DNA of 63,598 nucleotides, the filler included, from Lenisia limosa (lineage: Eukaryota > Protista > Breviatea), in NCBI GenBank assembly GCA_001655205.1. It is 13 parts of 13 records of this genome, joined end to end, with 100 filler letters (N's around TTAATTAATTAA, not from the genome) between each part and the next. Parts side by side here need not be neighbours in the genome. Positions count along the whole stretch, not along the records: positions 24,978 to 34,885 come from LPNZ01005674.1; positions 34,986 to 37,292 come from LPNZ01001317.1; positions 37,393 to 52,204 come from LPNZ01009947.1; 10 more parts are not named here. One strand, written 5' to 3'. The position numbers and the translations under genes are program-made. Positions 34,804-48,300 of the stretch are shown here, piece after piece (position 1 is the first letter of the stretch; each line of letters starts with the position of its first letter). The notes under the pieces were generated by a model, which was not told the origin of the DNA, searched no databases, and was given only the letters and a program-made list of their open reading frames with translations.

Positions 34804-35073
34804 GTATAGCCAAAGTGGGAAGGGGGTCACTGGATAAAGTGGAGGTACAATAATCATGTAAAGTGGGGTACAATAATCATGTAAANNNNNNNNNNNNNNN
34901 NNNNNNNNNNNNNNNNNNNNNNNNNNNNNTTAATTAATTAANNNNNNNNNNNNNNNNNNNNNNNNNNNNNNNNNNNNNNNNNNNNAAGAGATATTATATA
35001 GTATAATATTAATTCACCGAACCATTTGCCTTTGAAGACCCAAACAAGCACGTTTTAGTCTCTTGAAGCTCAC

Positions 35074-37020
35074 CTGAGAGTTACAAGGCAATCAAGGGCA
35101 AAAGCACAAGCCGCTTCAGCATGGCCTTCGGGGGAGGTCGGAAGACCAGCAATGGCGACGTAGAGGTCTCCTGGGGGGTGGGAGGTTATGATGTTATGAA
35201 ATTGAGAGGATGATGCTTAGGGGTTCATTTCGGTTCGAAAAATACATATAAAATTTCTCGATAATTCTTCGAAGAATATCGGTATTCAGTCTTTTTTCGA
35301 ACCGAAGAGAAGCCCTAGTGATGATGAGTATGACAAAAGCATGAGGCCCAATAATATGCTTCACAAAAAATACAAAGTATATAGCAAGAAAAAACAGGGT
35401 TGAAGCCGTCCACACCATCACGCTTATCAGAGATATTGGATTACAGTATAGTATTAGTTCATCCAATCATTTACCTGACAACTCTGTGCACACAGCCTTC
35501 TGCGTGCCCCGAACATACCTGAAGTATAGCTCTTCCAGAGGTCAAACTTCGGAAGGAGGCTGTCCAGGCCGGACCAAACCTCATTGAGAAGCAGTGCCAC
35601 CAACTGGGGGGGGGGGGGNNNNNNNNNNNNNNNNNNNNNNNNNNNNNNNNNNNNNNNNNNNNNNNNNNNNNNNNNNNNNNNNNNNNNNNNNNNNNNNNNN
35701 NNNNNNNNNNNNNNNNNNNNNNNNNNNNNNNNNNNNNNNNNNNNNNNNNNNNNNNNNNNNNNNNNNNNNNNNNNNNNNNNNNNNNNNNNNNNNNNNNNNN
35801 NNNNNNNNNNNNNNNNNNNNNNNNNNNNNNNNNNNNNNNNNNNNNNNNNNNNNNNNNNNNNNNNNNNNNNNNNNNNNNNNNNNNNNNNNNNNNNNNNNCA
35901 ATCATTTGCCTAACAACCCAGATGGAACTCATTTATCAGAAGCATGACTTAGTGCAATTAATTTTTTGAAGAAATTGATTGACAAAATTTGATAATAAAG
36001 TGTCTGAAATGCAGTTTACATTACAATATATCAAACTTCAGGTTGTGCATTTATTTTCTCAATTAATTGCACGGAACTCAAATTAGAAGCATTGAGTGTG
36101 CCATGACAGTCTCACTGGATCAATATATCAACGATATGTACCTTGGGCTTGAGGTAGGATGCGAGGTGAGAGAACTCGACAATGTCCAGCTGGATGACAG
36201 AAACCTGGTGTAGGTTCTCGGCAATGACTGACTCGCCGCTTAGCACCTTTTCGACCGCCGCTACCGGCAATAGAGCTATAGGGTGAGGGGTTAAGAGTAT
36301 CCAGAAATGCGGTACACATGAGACAGTAGAAAAAATAATGTACACAAAGGGATACGCTTTTGAGATATTGCTATTCTTTTCATCTCCCATTAGGGGCTTC
36401 ACTTCGGTTTGAAATTAGTTTCTCGATAAGTCCCCGAAAACTATCGACATTTTAACGGTCTTTTTCGAACCGAAGTGAAGCCTTATCCGCCATTCAACAA
36501 CAAGTCACCCCCTCCCACTGAGTAGAAGGTCAAAGCTCCGCTCCGAGCTAGCAGCAAGGTCGGCGGAAGAGAGGAAGAAGTCGCGATGCTGCCGCTCCAG
36601 CGCCCGGGCCGTGACAACTCCCAACGACGCCGGCAGCACTGGGGAGGGGGGTTATATATAGCTATATTAATATGTAGGACGGGGGGAGGGGGGAAGGAAT
36701 AAAAATTGGAAAATATATATAGCGTCCGAAAAAGACCGATAAAATCGATATTTATGGATAATTAATCGAGAAATGCAGTCTTTCTTGATCCCCCTCACGC
36801 AAGATACACGCACGCCACGCTGCTTCTGTGAAAATGAACCCTGAGCTGACAAGCGGCATGGATTCTGAAAAGTGAAATTGACAGGAAGAAGATCATGAGA
36901 TCAAATTTCCGTGCATCACATGGGCACTTTTCGGGCCGGACACATATTTTTGTTTCAATTTTACTCCCCTCTCACGAGCAGTAAGCACAGCACAGACGTA
37001 AGTGGTTGAATAGAGCACAT
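35074..37020 (-). CDS. Membrane class III adenylyl/guanylyl cyclase, C1-like catalytic half, fragment
   Basis: ARALERQHRDFFL..SFDLLL / LLPVAAVEKVLSGESVIAENLHQVSVIQLDIVEFSHLASYLKPK / NEVWSGLDSLLPKFDLWKSYTSG / DLYVAIAGLPTSPEGHAEAACAFALDCL. Both metal-binding Asp positions are present. Confidence 0.85.
35218..35317. mobile_element. MITE family A copy nested in a module C intron of the cyclase gene
   Basis: TA-flanked TIR; further copies at 36391-36485, 36724-36785 and 37120-37180. Confidence 0.88.
35380..35518 (-). repeat. Intron module C, full copy starting at the GT donor of a cyclase intron
   Basis: CAG|GTATGTTCGGGGCACGCAGAAGGCTGTGTGCACAGAGTTGTCAGGTAAATGATTGG..AGCGTGATGGTGTGGACGGCTTC. Other copies at 22073-22180(+), 26005-26068(-), 27140-27195(-), 27370-27411(-), 29488-29590(+), 29815-29857(+), 30085-30125(+), 32152-32200(+), 35899-35920(-), 60636-60778(+), 63243-63400(+) and 20840-20870(+). 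Confidence 0.85.
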
Positions 37021-37559
37021 CGAAACCAACAAAAATGGTTCCGAGGAAGAGGAAAGTGGATGGGAGGAAGAGGAGTGTCTAAAGAGTCAGTTGAGAGAAA
37101 GGAAAGGCTAAATAACTTGGTCCCTACAGTCCCAAAAAAATTATATCGATATTTTGACGATCTTTTTCCGAAAAGCCCTACTAATAACCAAGGTGGAATT
37201 AATGAGGTTACTCGTAGTATCAAATAAGGATCTTTGATCAACCCTCAAACTTCAAAGGGACGCGGGAGGAGGAAATCTTTCTTGGGGTTGAGNNNNNNNN
37301 NNNNNNNNNNNNNNNNNNNNNNNNNNNNNNNNNNNNTTAATTAATTAANNNNNNNNNNNNNNNNNNNNNNNNNNNNNNNNNNNNNNNNNNNNTATCATAT
37401 GTATATATAGTATATCATAAACACACATATATTATCTGATAATATATCATATGATATAGTATTATATTATATCATCATATACTATATATTATGCAAAATA
37501 AAACAGTCTGTTACTATAGGTGGGGACTGAAAAGGTAGCGGGCGCATAAATTTTTGGCT

Positions 37560-40486
37560 CAGAGCCCATAAAACTTAAGAAAGACTGCATCCAGTAAAAA
37601 TATTGTGAGTTTGAGCTTCCGGAACCTTTATGAGCTCTTCGCTGCTTTTTGTATAACTTTCTCCATTATACTCAAATAATATCGCTATGTAGTCTGAGAA
37701 TAACTGCATGAAGGCCTACCTCATCCTAAGGCCTTCGTTATGGTATGTGTATTACGTAATACATATGATATGATATCGATAAGATATAGTCTGGGGTCCT
37801 CTAACCTTGGCCCAAAGAGCATCATCAAGGTCTTTTTGTTGAGCGTACAAGGACGCCACCCACTACAGTGATCAGAATGCCGTTGAGAAGAGAACTGAAA
37901 AAGAAACAATATTAGCAAATCTTTCACCTTAGCTCTGAGATTGAGGATCGATGGACCACCTAAGGCACTTCGAGCAATGACATACTCCCTCCATGACCAC
38001 CCGACAACTGAATCATTATTGTTTATTACCCAATAATGTCAGACTAAGTAGGCTTGTTCAACATCCTGTTCAACTTATCAAGACATTAAAACAATTTTTT
38101 ACAATTTCCTCTTGTTCTCACCAGAGTTAGGAGCACTAGATGTCGAAGGGGTCCCTTCCAAGGGTAATAGAGCAGTTGACCGGTACTCCTTATTAGAGCC
38201 CTGGAACAATAAATATCACAGTAAATAAATAGTATATATTTGCAATTGCAGCCTACCTTCGATCTCTTCACAGTAGCACCAAGGGTTTGTTCCCCTCCTT
38301 CCACTTCATCTTCTATGTTAATCATAAAATATTGTTGAGAGAAAAAAAACAGTATCACAAATACGAAACAAAAATCAATTGTTTTGAAACTTACCCGTCT
38401 TAATACAGGGAATTTGGTACATGACAAGAGGAATTCCAGAAACCGGTTGCGGGGACTAGATCGAAGTAAGTTGTGGCTCTTATCAGTCTTATGAAAATTC
38501 TGTATCCAACCTGTTTCATGAATTTCTCACAGAGTTCCGCAGCCCTCTTTAGACCTGCACTGTCTTCTGATCCACATACGATCAAAATGTCCTTAAAGTG
38601 TCAATAAATCAAAAGACCAACTCAATAATGATGTTAATTGGAATTATGCAACAAACCTGATTTGGAACAAAAACCACAGGAGCGCCCTTGGTGTTAATTC
38701 TACGGATGATGGATGGAAGAAGAAGACGGGAGGCATCATTGTTGTCCTGAAATGAGTAAACAATGAACTGTTTTGATCAAACATACCTGCCATGGAGAAG
38801 CAAAAACACTGTCAGGCTCAATGACTCTCCACTTTAGGGTAGATTCTACCCAGTTAATGGGAAACGGTTAATCATTCACCAACCCAATTCTTCGAGGTTC
38901 TTCAATGCCAGAGGCAATAAGTCATCAAAAGTAGTGTTCCATCTTGTATGTTTAAAAGACTACGTTTTGTTCCAATCTAATGAACAGATTTTTCAAAGAG
39001 CTACCTAGACCAATGCTTACTCCTTAAAGTGCCCCTGTGTGAGACGGACTACCGCTTGGGGCTGCTCCCAAACCAGCTCCACAGCAAGTGATGTGCCTGG
39101 AGATTATGATGTAAATCATCAAACAAATGTCTAAGCAAAACAATGCCAAAACAAATCTGTGCAATAAAACAACACGAACCTGAATCTAAACGTCTGTGAG
39201 GAACAATTGAAACATCTTTGTCTGAAAGTTTCATCTTTATTTTGAGGACTTCGTAAACGCTCATATCCCTGTGGAAACAAATGAAAAANNNNNNNNNNNN
39301 NNNNNNNNNNNNNNNNNNNNNNNNNNNNNNNNNNNNNNNNNNNNNNNNNNNNNNNNNNNNNNNNNNNNNNNNNNNNNNNNNNNNNNAAGGACTTGGGTGC
39401 GGGGCGGGGAATGGTCAACAAATTAATAATCTCACTAAACACTTCCTCTGCCAAAGTCAATCAATGTTTTTTAAAAAAAAGTGAAGATATCAGAGAAGGC
39501 AAACACACCATCAGTGACCTTTTTGTTTTCTTCCTCTTTCCTTGACATAAAGATACTCCTGAGCTCCAAATAAGAGCTACTTCCTGCGTTTGGCTCCCAA
39601 AGAAGTGTACCCTTCTTTGTCACCTTGGTCTGAAGGTGGTAAGAAGGAAGCGAATGATGCATATCTTTGTATCAAAATATTGCTCATTCCCATCACCTCA
39701 TAGACGTTAAGATCACTTTCTTTGATCTCATCAATGTTCTTCTTCTGCTTGCATAAAAAAATGGTTGGAATCCCCAATGGAAAAGGGAACCTACCTTTAA
39801 GGCATTCTTGTGTTGAACTCTTTGGTTCTCAAGACGCTGCAACACGGTATTTTTAAAAAGCTCAAATTCCAGGAGGTCAGCTTCTGAAGGTTCTTCCTGG
39901 AGGTATTACTGCAAAGGATTGAAAAAACTACGCCAATTTTCGGATTTATTCTTAAGAAGTGTGGGAATTATAAACAAACCTCTTCGTCATCTTCTTGTTG
40001 TTCAGTTTCTATGTCCTAGTAGGGTAATTAAAGAACTCTTTTTTTAATGGTGAACAACTGCCAAATAATCACCTCTATGCAAACCTCGGGAGTCTTTTGA
40101 GATGGGTGTGTTCTCCCACCAGTCCTAACTTCTTCAAGGGCCTAATTGATATGAGTTAACAGTTGTTGGAAACAACCAAAGAATGACAACAACAACAACA
40201 TCACAAAAGAAGGCAGACATGAAATATGAAACCATCATACTTCCTTAGCAATCTGTTCCATAATTGATGGTTTTTCTAAATTAGTGAGTGAGTACACAAA
40301 GCCCTAATATATAAGGCTTTAAAATTGTAGTTTATGATATATAAAAAAATGAAATGTCTTATTCAAATCATCATTACAACAACATAAAAAAAATCCCAGA
40401 TTCATGATTTTATTCACAAACCAACATCACACCAACATACTTTCCTCATCAGCCTTGACTGGCTCAACTTCTTCAATAACCGCCAT
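37560..40486 (-). CDS. Unassigned multi-exon protein with small introns
   Basis: ATG at 40486 (MAVIEEVEPVKADEE); many short GT-AG-bounded exons, e.g. DILIVCGSEDSAGLKRAAELCEKFMKQ and DNNDASRLLPSIIRRINTKGAPVVFVPNQ; no family recognised. Confidence 0.55.
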
Positions 40487-40859
40487 TATTCCAAGGGGNN
40501 NNNNNNNNNNNNNNCCAGGTGAATATCTAGTAGTTTGGTGGAGATGGTTTGGATGCGGCTTATACTATAAACTATAAAAAAATAAATGCACTCAAAGCTC
40601 ACAAACTTTAACTGCAATGGCAATGGCTGTGACTGCGTGGCTGCTTCGCTTGTGCTTTTTGGGGGCACCTGGGGCACTGGACGACTGGACGTTCCATGAG
40701 ATATTTCAAAGGCTCGCAGAGCTCCGCACCGGATAGCCCCGCCAGGGAAGGACGCTCAAGAAAGTTCTTTGGTGGCGCCGAGATTGCCCTCCCNNNNNNN
40801 NNNNNNNNNNNNNNNNNNNNNNNNNNNNNNNNNNNNNNNNATTGAAAATTTGAAAATTG

Positions 40860-42000
40860 ACAGGAACTGACAGAAACACATCTACTACTTGGACCCCTTT
40901 AACCCTGCTTCACACCCCAACTTCAACCAACCTACCAGGTGTGACACCCACACAGATGATGTCATTTGGGAAAGGTGTGAGTCTGTTAAACATACCCTGC
41001 TTACCCCCTAGCCATAGCTATAGTGTCTTAGATACAATCATGTTTTTATACTTATAATTCAACCCTTCCCCTACTACATTCTTCTTTACTATATAGATAT
41101 AGGGTACTCCTCAGATATATTTTTGGCCTGGATGTAATTTGGTTTAGTTTACCAGAAGCCTCCCGCCACTGAACAAATTCTTTATGCCTTGCTTAAAACT
41201 GGTAGGGGTATAAATGGTGTATATCACAGATTGGTTGCTAATAAACAATTCATCGAAAGTCGGAAAACTTGGATTTTAAGATTTTAAGTATCAGATAGTC
41301 ATTCAAACCAATATACCTTAATGATAGACCCACCATACACCCATTTGAAACGTCAACATTTTTATATTACTTTGAAAAATGGATTCACCTTCCGTTACAC
41401 TATAGAGGACCAAAAGTCACCCGCTTCGTTGGAGGTTGCCCTTCCCATCGCAAATGCAATTGGACTACATTTAATGACAAGTATGAAAGCATAAGTGGTT
41501 AATCTGTTCAAAATATTCGAACTTTCAGGTTGCCTTCAAATCATATAGAAAATAGAGGTGAATCAGAAATATGAAGAAGATTGCACGTTGACCCGTCTTC
41601 TTGTTTTTATATAACTTCAGAATTTAGAAACAACTTCACTTTTGACTCGTTTAGCTGAGTCAGGTACTGTTGTAAAGGTGATTTCCCCCAAGAAGGTAAC
41701 AGGCTCTCAGTTCTCTTTTGCCACAAATTGGGTCCTTTTATTGATTGACAACATAGATCGCAGTCACAACCCCAATTGCTCACAGCAGTAAATTTGGAGT
41801 GGTCCAACAGCTACTCTCCTCTCACCCCAACGTATGCTATCTCTTTTGCATGAAAAGATCCGTTGTCTTTGTGTGCCTTAACCTATCCAGGTTTCTTTTG
41901 TTGAATCAAAACCTGACTTTAAAATTTGCTAGTTATTTCTTGATCAAATATAACATTACATTCTGTACAGCTCTGGATGTTTATCCTTGTGTATTTTTCT
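40860..42000 (+). CDS. Unassigned multi-exon gene fragment
   Basis: Short exon-like segments (DQKSPASLEVALPIANAIGLHLMT; NLETTSLLTRLAESGTVVK) between tiny introns; frame continuity not fully established. Confidence 0.35.
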
Positions 42001-42399
42001 CAGAGGTATTTTTTTGACCCCATGCCTGGAGGGAAGGGGTAAATCATCAGATGATTGTCAGATGATGGCGAAGTTTCTCGGCGGACAGTCGGCGGATGAA
42101 TGAAACAATGAAACAAATGCAATAATGCAATTGCAACAATGCAACATCTTGGAGCCCCGAGTTTTTATAATAACTATCTACTACCCCATGCAAATATGCA
42201 ACAATACACCTCTTCCAAAATATTTCCCGGTACGCACCGTGCATAATTCCTGCTAAGCTTGGTCCTAAAAAAACTGATCGAAAAAGTGGCGTGGAGTTTG
42301 CGCGAAGTGGCGTACCGAGAACAACAAATCCAAGAATCAAACTTGAATCAAACCTCTTTTTCAACCTTCCACCTTGCTTCCACCTGGTCACACACCGGC

Positions 42400-45300
42400 G
42401 CACCAGACGGTGGGACTGCAGGCTGAAAAGAAGGCGCTTGACGGAAGGCCTGGTCGGTCATGTTTGTTACTTTGAAAGATCCACTGGACTTCCCGCAAGT
42501 GGTCAGGTCTCCTCGCTTTGTAGAGTATGCATTCTCAATAGGCCCCATCTACCCGCTAAGTTCCTTGGAAAGTAGGCTTATTACGACTCTGATTTCCTGC
42601 ATTGACTTCTTCTTTTGGTTGTGATTATACAAAGGATCTTGGATTTGTGTATTTCTCTTCGATGAAAGATGTTTTTTTTTTTGTTCTTTTTTTTGTTTGT
42701 TTTTTGCTAAGGAGCATGATTGCCAAGGTTGCATCCCGAGCCCGAAAGACCCCCGACTACGAGTGTACAGGGGTGCAGTGGCTTGGCGTATTCCCTCTGT
42801 CGACCATAACAAAGTAGCCTTTCCTGAGGGAATTGCTTTAGTGGGCAACGCGTGATTCGATAATAATGGGATGAAACTACAGAACGATAATGACTCGTTC
42901 AGTTTGCTCAGCCCGGAGGTTGCCAAGTGTCGCCATCTCCCATCACCCCTAAAGTTGGTTCATATACTGACTTTTTCTGCTTACCCCAGGTTCACTCCTT
43001 CACGTTGACAACGGAAAATGAGCGTCAAATGACTGGCATTTCCATTATTTCTTCGCTCCAGATTCCGGAAAAACAGTGTCGAAAGACGGGTATTCCCATT
43101 GGATGGTTTGAAGGACCCAGTGATTTTCTTGCGACGAAATTACCATTTACTATTATTGATCTATCAGGTACATTCAACATTCTTTTACTATTTTGTCCTT
43201 CTATCCCATAACTGCTGTTCTTCGAGACTTGGCCTGTTACTATTTCAACCTTGGTCAACCGTCATCCCCACCTGTTTGCTCGGAGTGGTTTACTTTTGCA
43301 CTGTATTCAAGTGTGTAATATTCGATTAGTATATTATTCTTCAGCTTCTCGCTCCTCTTGCTCGTCACATTTCCCTTTCCATCTTTCAACTGCCTCCCCC
43401 GAAACCAAATTTTAATGGGTATGTTGGGCCATTCTTTCAAGACAATGATTGTGGTGCCGAAGGAGATAATACTTCAGATTTTCACTATGCCCTGCCAAAA
43501 CGCTCCAGGGCGTTGAAATACCACCCCCTACTATTTCATGGAGGGCTATTCCCAACTTGCCTCATTCACAGACGTCACTGGTAGGCAGATAACAATAAAT
43601 TAGGCTAAACAACTAGTTATTTTTTCTCCTTGTTTTTGGATATGATATGTTTTTTTTTTTGCTTCTGACATTTTTTTAAAAAACAGGTGTCTATTGGACG
43701 GGTTCTTGGTCCAGACGCTCTCGTAGAAGCAGTCATTGCAGTGGCGCTTGAGCAGCATATCGTCATCACATCTAGTTCGAACAGTATTTTGGCTGAGGTT
43801 TGTGGTTCGTTTTCTTGTTTTACCTAGTATGTTTCATTATTTATCATTTCAGACATGTGAATGCCTCCAAGCTCTTATTTCCCCCCTCCAGTGGTTCCAC
43901 CCTGTTATCAGGTAGGTTTAATCAAGGTTATTCACAATTTAGTGTTCTTCCCCTTTCATTGGCCGATATTGTGTTTTCTCCCACCCCTTTTATGTGTGGC
44001 ATTTCGTCAAAAATGGTCAATTACATTGACCTCCCCTTAGAGGTAAGATACATTTTTATCTCATTCTTCAACTCGCTGTTATTATGGACCCTTCAGGATC
44101 TCGTTATGATTGATATGGATCGAGGTACTGTGACTTGGGGCCCTCTCATCCCTGCTTTGCCTGAAGACCAATACGCCACCTTGATGTGGAGAGTCACCTC
44201 TGTCCTTCATCCCCGACTTGCCTCTTTGGACTATGTTAACCAAATGTCATCTTTGAACCTCTTGCCTATCTTTCACCAGCCCCCTTTCGGCCCAAACTTG
44301 TAGGCACCTGTGTTATTTCTTATTTTTATTATTCACTCTATCTCATTCCCCTCCTGATTATCTAGCCAATTATCTGATGATGAGCGAACCGACCTACTGT
44401 TGGTCCAAGCATTCCAACTCTTCTTCGCTGATTTACTCCATAATTACAGAAGGTTGGAACCATTTCTCTTTTGGTTTCTTTTCATATTTTAGCCATCTTC
44501 TGTACCTTAGAATGTCCCCTGTTCCCACCGCTCTCTTTTCAAAGAATTCCTTTCTTCTCAAGGTTTGAAACCGATATGCATATCATGTATCACGCTTCAG
44601 TCCGGCTCGGCACAGCCCTTTTTGGCCGAACTTATTGACACGCAATCTTTCACAATGTTCATAGAAGCTCAGACAGCTCCAGTGGAGGTAGACACTTCGA
44701 TGGCATCGCTCGTCTATTAACTTTTCTAGAACCTCTTTGACGAGTTGTTGGTGTTCTTGAATGTACTAGATGCTAAAGGACTGTAAGAGGATTATGCTTC
44801 TCTTTCTTCTCCCCGGTTCTTTTGGGTTCTCAAATTTAAGGTCACTCAACAAAGTGATGACAACATCCATTCCGGAGGAAGTCTTCGAGCGATGTCCTTG
44901 GGCAAAGTCGGTTAAATAAGATTTCTCCGTTCTCAGTTTACTACATTCAGACCAAAAGGAGTACCCTTGAGTCCCCCCGAACACGAAATGGCTATTCCCT
45001 CTGCAGACACTTCAATAGCCATCTCAGGTGGCTTTGGTATTTGCTTGATTGAAGCAGAATATGGTACTATTATATGTTTTATTCACTTGGGACGCTATGA
45101 GGGTGGGAAGAGTTTGACTGTGTTAATGGTGTTCGGAAGAACGAGAATCATTTCCGAGAATGTCCTGGGTAAATACGGGCAATGATACATATGACATATA
45201 GAGTATATATACTCTATATCATATATTATTGCTGTTTTATATATAAATTGTTTATTATTCAGCTTATACATCGCCCAATTTCCCTGGTGAACTGGATCAC

Positions 45301-48300
45301 ATTCCCGATAAGGGATCTTCTGCACAACTCCCCGCTGTAAGTCATCTATTTCTTACCTGTAGCAACTTACTTTAGTTCTTATTACCATCCCCAGCCTCTC
45401 ACAAAAAATGTGCCCCTTCAAGATGTTATCAAAACCATAAGCCGGTACACTCCAAACTATCAGGAAGAAGAGCACGTCCTGATGCCGAAAGAAGAGGTAA
45501 CTGCTCTTCTTATTTATCTACTTAATTTCTTAATCACATTTTAAGGTTGCATTACGACACATTAGTAGAGTGGTAAGCCTTCTCCTATCATCACAAACAG
45601 GTGAGGGTTTTTACAGTGAATTTGCTTATCATGCGAACGCATTCTTTTTCTTGCGTTTTAAAGTTGACTGCAATGGAAATGATTTGTTAATTAAAGTTCA
45701 GTTTCTTACGATGACTTGGAATCTGCCAGTGCACTTATGGTTGAGAAGTGTGGAAGAAACGCTCTCTGCCAAGCTGTCGGCAAGCACATTGTCACAACTA
45801 CGGTAACATGAGGGAAATGGTGTTGACAAGCTTTTCTTAAATCACCATTTTAGTCCGAAGTGAACTCCCCAACTTACGCTAGTCTCTCCCAACTCTTCCA
45901 AGCTGCCCTCCTTGAGTGTCAAGTCAGTATTACACCAACGCATTAGGCTTTTTGTAACACATACAGACCCATCGAGATTTTGCTGTTGCACGAATGCTTA
46001 TGAGTTTATCTGGAAAGATTCACATGACTCTCAATAATATCCAACGGTGGGCATTGTAGAACATCATATTATATGTAGATGATGATGGTGTTATTTCATC
46101 ATTATTCTTGAATATTCGAACTAAACACTTTAGATTTCTTTACTCCTCTCTCAAGAACCTTATCATTTGGAGCAACAATGGATTCTGGGAGAACGCTTTC
46201 TTCTTCACCATTCGTGACGAGAGGATTGTGGTAAGTTGTAAAATCTACTTTCGAGCCCTCAATCCGTTTGATAAATCTAGTTTTATGGTTCGTCATTCTC
46301 AGAGTTTTTGAAGAAGATTGAAGGTTACAATGAAGAAGAGATGGCGAAACTTGATTCCGATGAAGAGGCTTTGATCTTTAGTCAGGTATTGCAGTGTGAC
46401 ATTTGATAGTCATTCTTACTGAATAGCTTGGACGATTTGTCTATGATCAACTCTATTTCACGGGCCTGAGAGAAGTGCGAATGTTTGCAGAGATGGTTTG
46501 GGAATCTGCAGGCTTGAAGCGTGACACCTTCGCTACTTTTGACACCATGCTGGAGGTTAGGGGTAACTATGATGTCGCAAGTGTTGGTAGTTTTTTTTTA
46601 CCATTTAGAATATGGCTTCTGCCTATACCCTGAGTGAACAGCAGACAGAGGATCACACCAGTAATCTTCCTACAACCCCTGCAGACAAGAAGAGAAAAGA
46701 TAAAGAAGAAAAAGAAAAGAAAAAGGTGAGATCAATATAATACATGTAGTAGTATTTTCTGTACACTCGTTTTTTAAGGTTGCTTCCGTTTATTACTACA
46801 GGCTGACAAGAAAAGAGAAAAACAGAGGCTTAAGGATGAAAAGCGTGATGATATGTCAGATTCAACTTCCACTGTGAGCATGCTCTCTGAAGTTTAATCT
46901 TGCGGTTCCATATTCATATTACTTATCATTTCATTCCTGATCCTTTAGTCTTCCCTTCGTGGCTCAGATTATGAGTTCCTTGCTGCTAAACATGAGGTAT
47001 GTATGACTCTCTTCAGTTGCTTCATTTCTCAAACTAGTATAGTATAGCAAGTATTATATTTTTAGGTACGAAGCCACGGAACAATACAAGCTATCCTGAA
47101 TGGAAGATCCAACAAAGAGGTTCGTCCCTTCATTTCTTCTGTCTCTTCGACAAGCCATTGACCGAGTGTTCAGAAGCCTCGAATTCGCCGTCGTTTCTGG
47201 CATCGCTCCAGCTCAAGCTCCAATCTTGTTCTTGATCCGCCAAGCAGCCCAGTCGCTAAACCCTCTTCTTCCCCCACTGTAACTTCTTCTCTTCAGGTCT
47301 GTTCTTTATCGGGCTCGTGCAGCCATCCATATGTTAACTCTTTTCAGAACTCTTCAAGCTATGACCTCAAGACAGAGTCCCCACCCACTGCTACTGCCAC
47401 CATGGCGACTGATAATGTCATTGTTATCTCCCAAGCGCTTGTCGGGCACCATGAGAGTATTTCTGCTATTGTGGGCTCGAGAAGGGGATCGAATGCCATC
47501 TTCTTAACCTTAAGAGACTGACAGTTATAGGCGAGAGGGCCGAATGGCATGGCTGTTACGGGAAGTTTAGATCACACAGTGGCCCTGTGGAATACGTCTG
47601 GACTGGAGGTCCATGCTCTTGGTCTGACTGATGAAGATGTACGCTTACTTGCAATTTTAATGGTCTTCTTCACCTTCTCTTCCTTTCCTGGTTCAATTTG
47701 TTTTTGACTGAAAAAAGGGTGTACATCCTTCCTGCGAGTTTTCCACCAAAGCACGCCCGTCGTCTGTGCTGAAGGGTGATTGGGCAAGTTATCTGTTGCT
47801 GATTTTGAAATGGAGTACTTATTCTTCAGGTCACACTAACCGCTTAACTCGAGTGTTATTCATGGGGGGTGAGGACGGACCTGGTACACGAGTCGTCAGT
47901 GCGGCTTATGATAAGAGCGTCAGAATTTGGGATACAAACACTCAGCATGTCAGGGGGTTTGATTCACTGTTCTCACTATTTTGTTTTGTTATCTTAGTTC
48001 ATGTTTGCTCTCTTTAGGGCATTGCAACTCTCAGTGGGCACACAAATAAAGTTACTTGCCTCATTGAATGCCCAAATAGTAAGGTCTTAGAATTTGCACT
48101 TTATTTTAACTCTTAAAGAATTAATAGCCAGTGCTGGTATTGACCGTCAGATCTGCATTTGGGACAGTAATAGGTTTGTGTTTTCCAGTTCAACAACTTA
48201 ATATTGCTCATACTACATCAGATTACCGAAGCCTGTCCACTCAATCAAAGCCCATAAAGACGGGATTCTAACCATTTGGGCACCCAATGCTCAGAATGAA

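Noticed and set aside
39175-39270. HRRLDSG as a pseudouridine-synthase HRLD motif
   Set aside because: The spacing is wrong and no other RluA motifs occur in neighbouring exons.
40860-41200. Alternative genetic code suggested by stops in tentative exons
   Set aside because: All confidently assigned genes translate cleanly with the standard code; these stops more likely reflect unresolved tiny introns.
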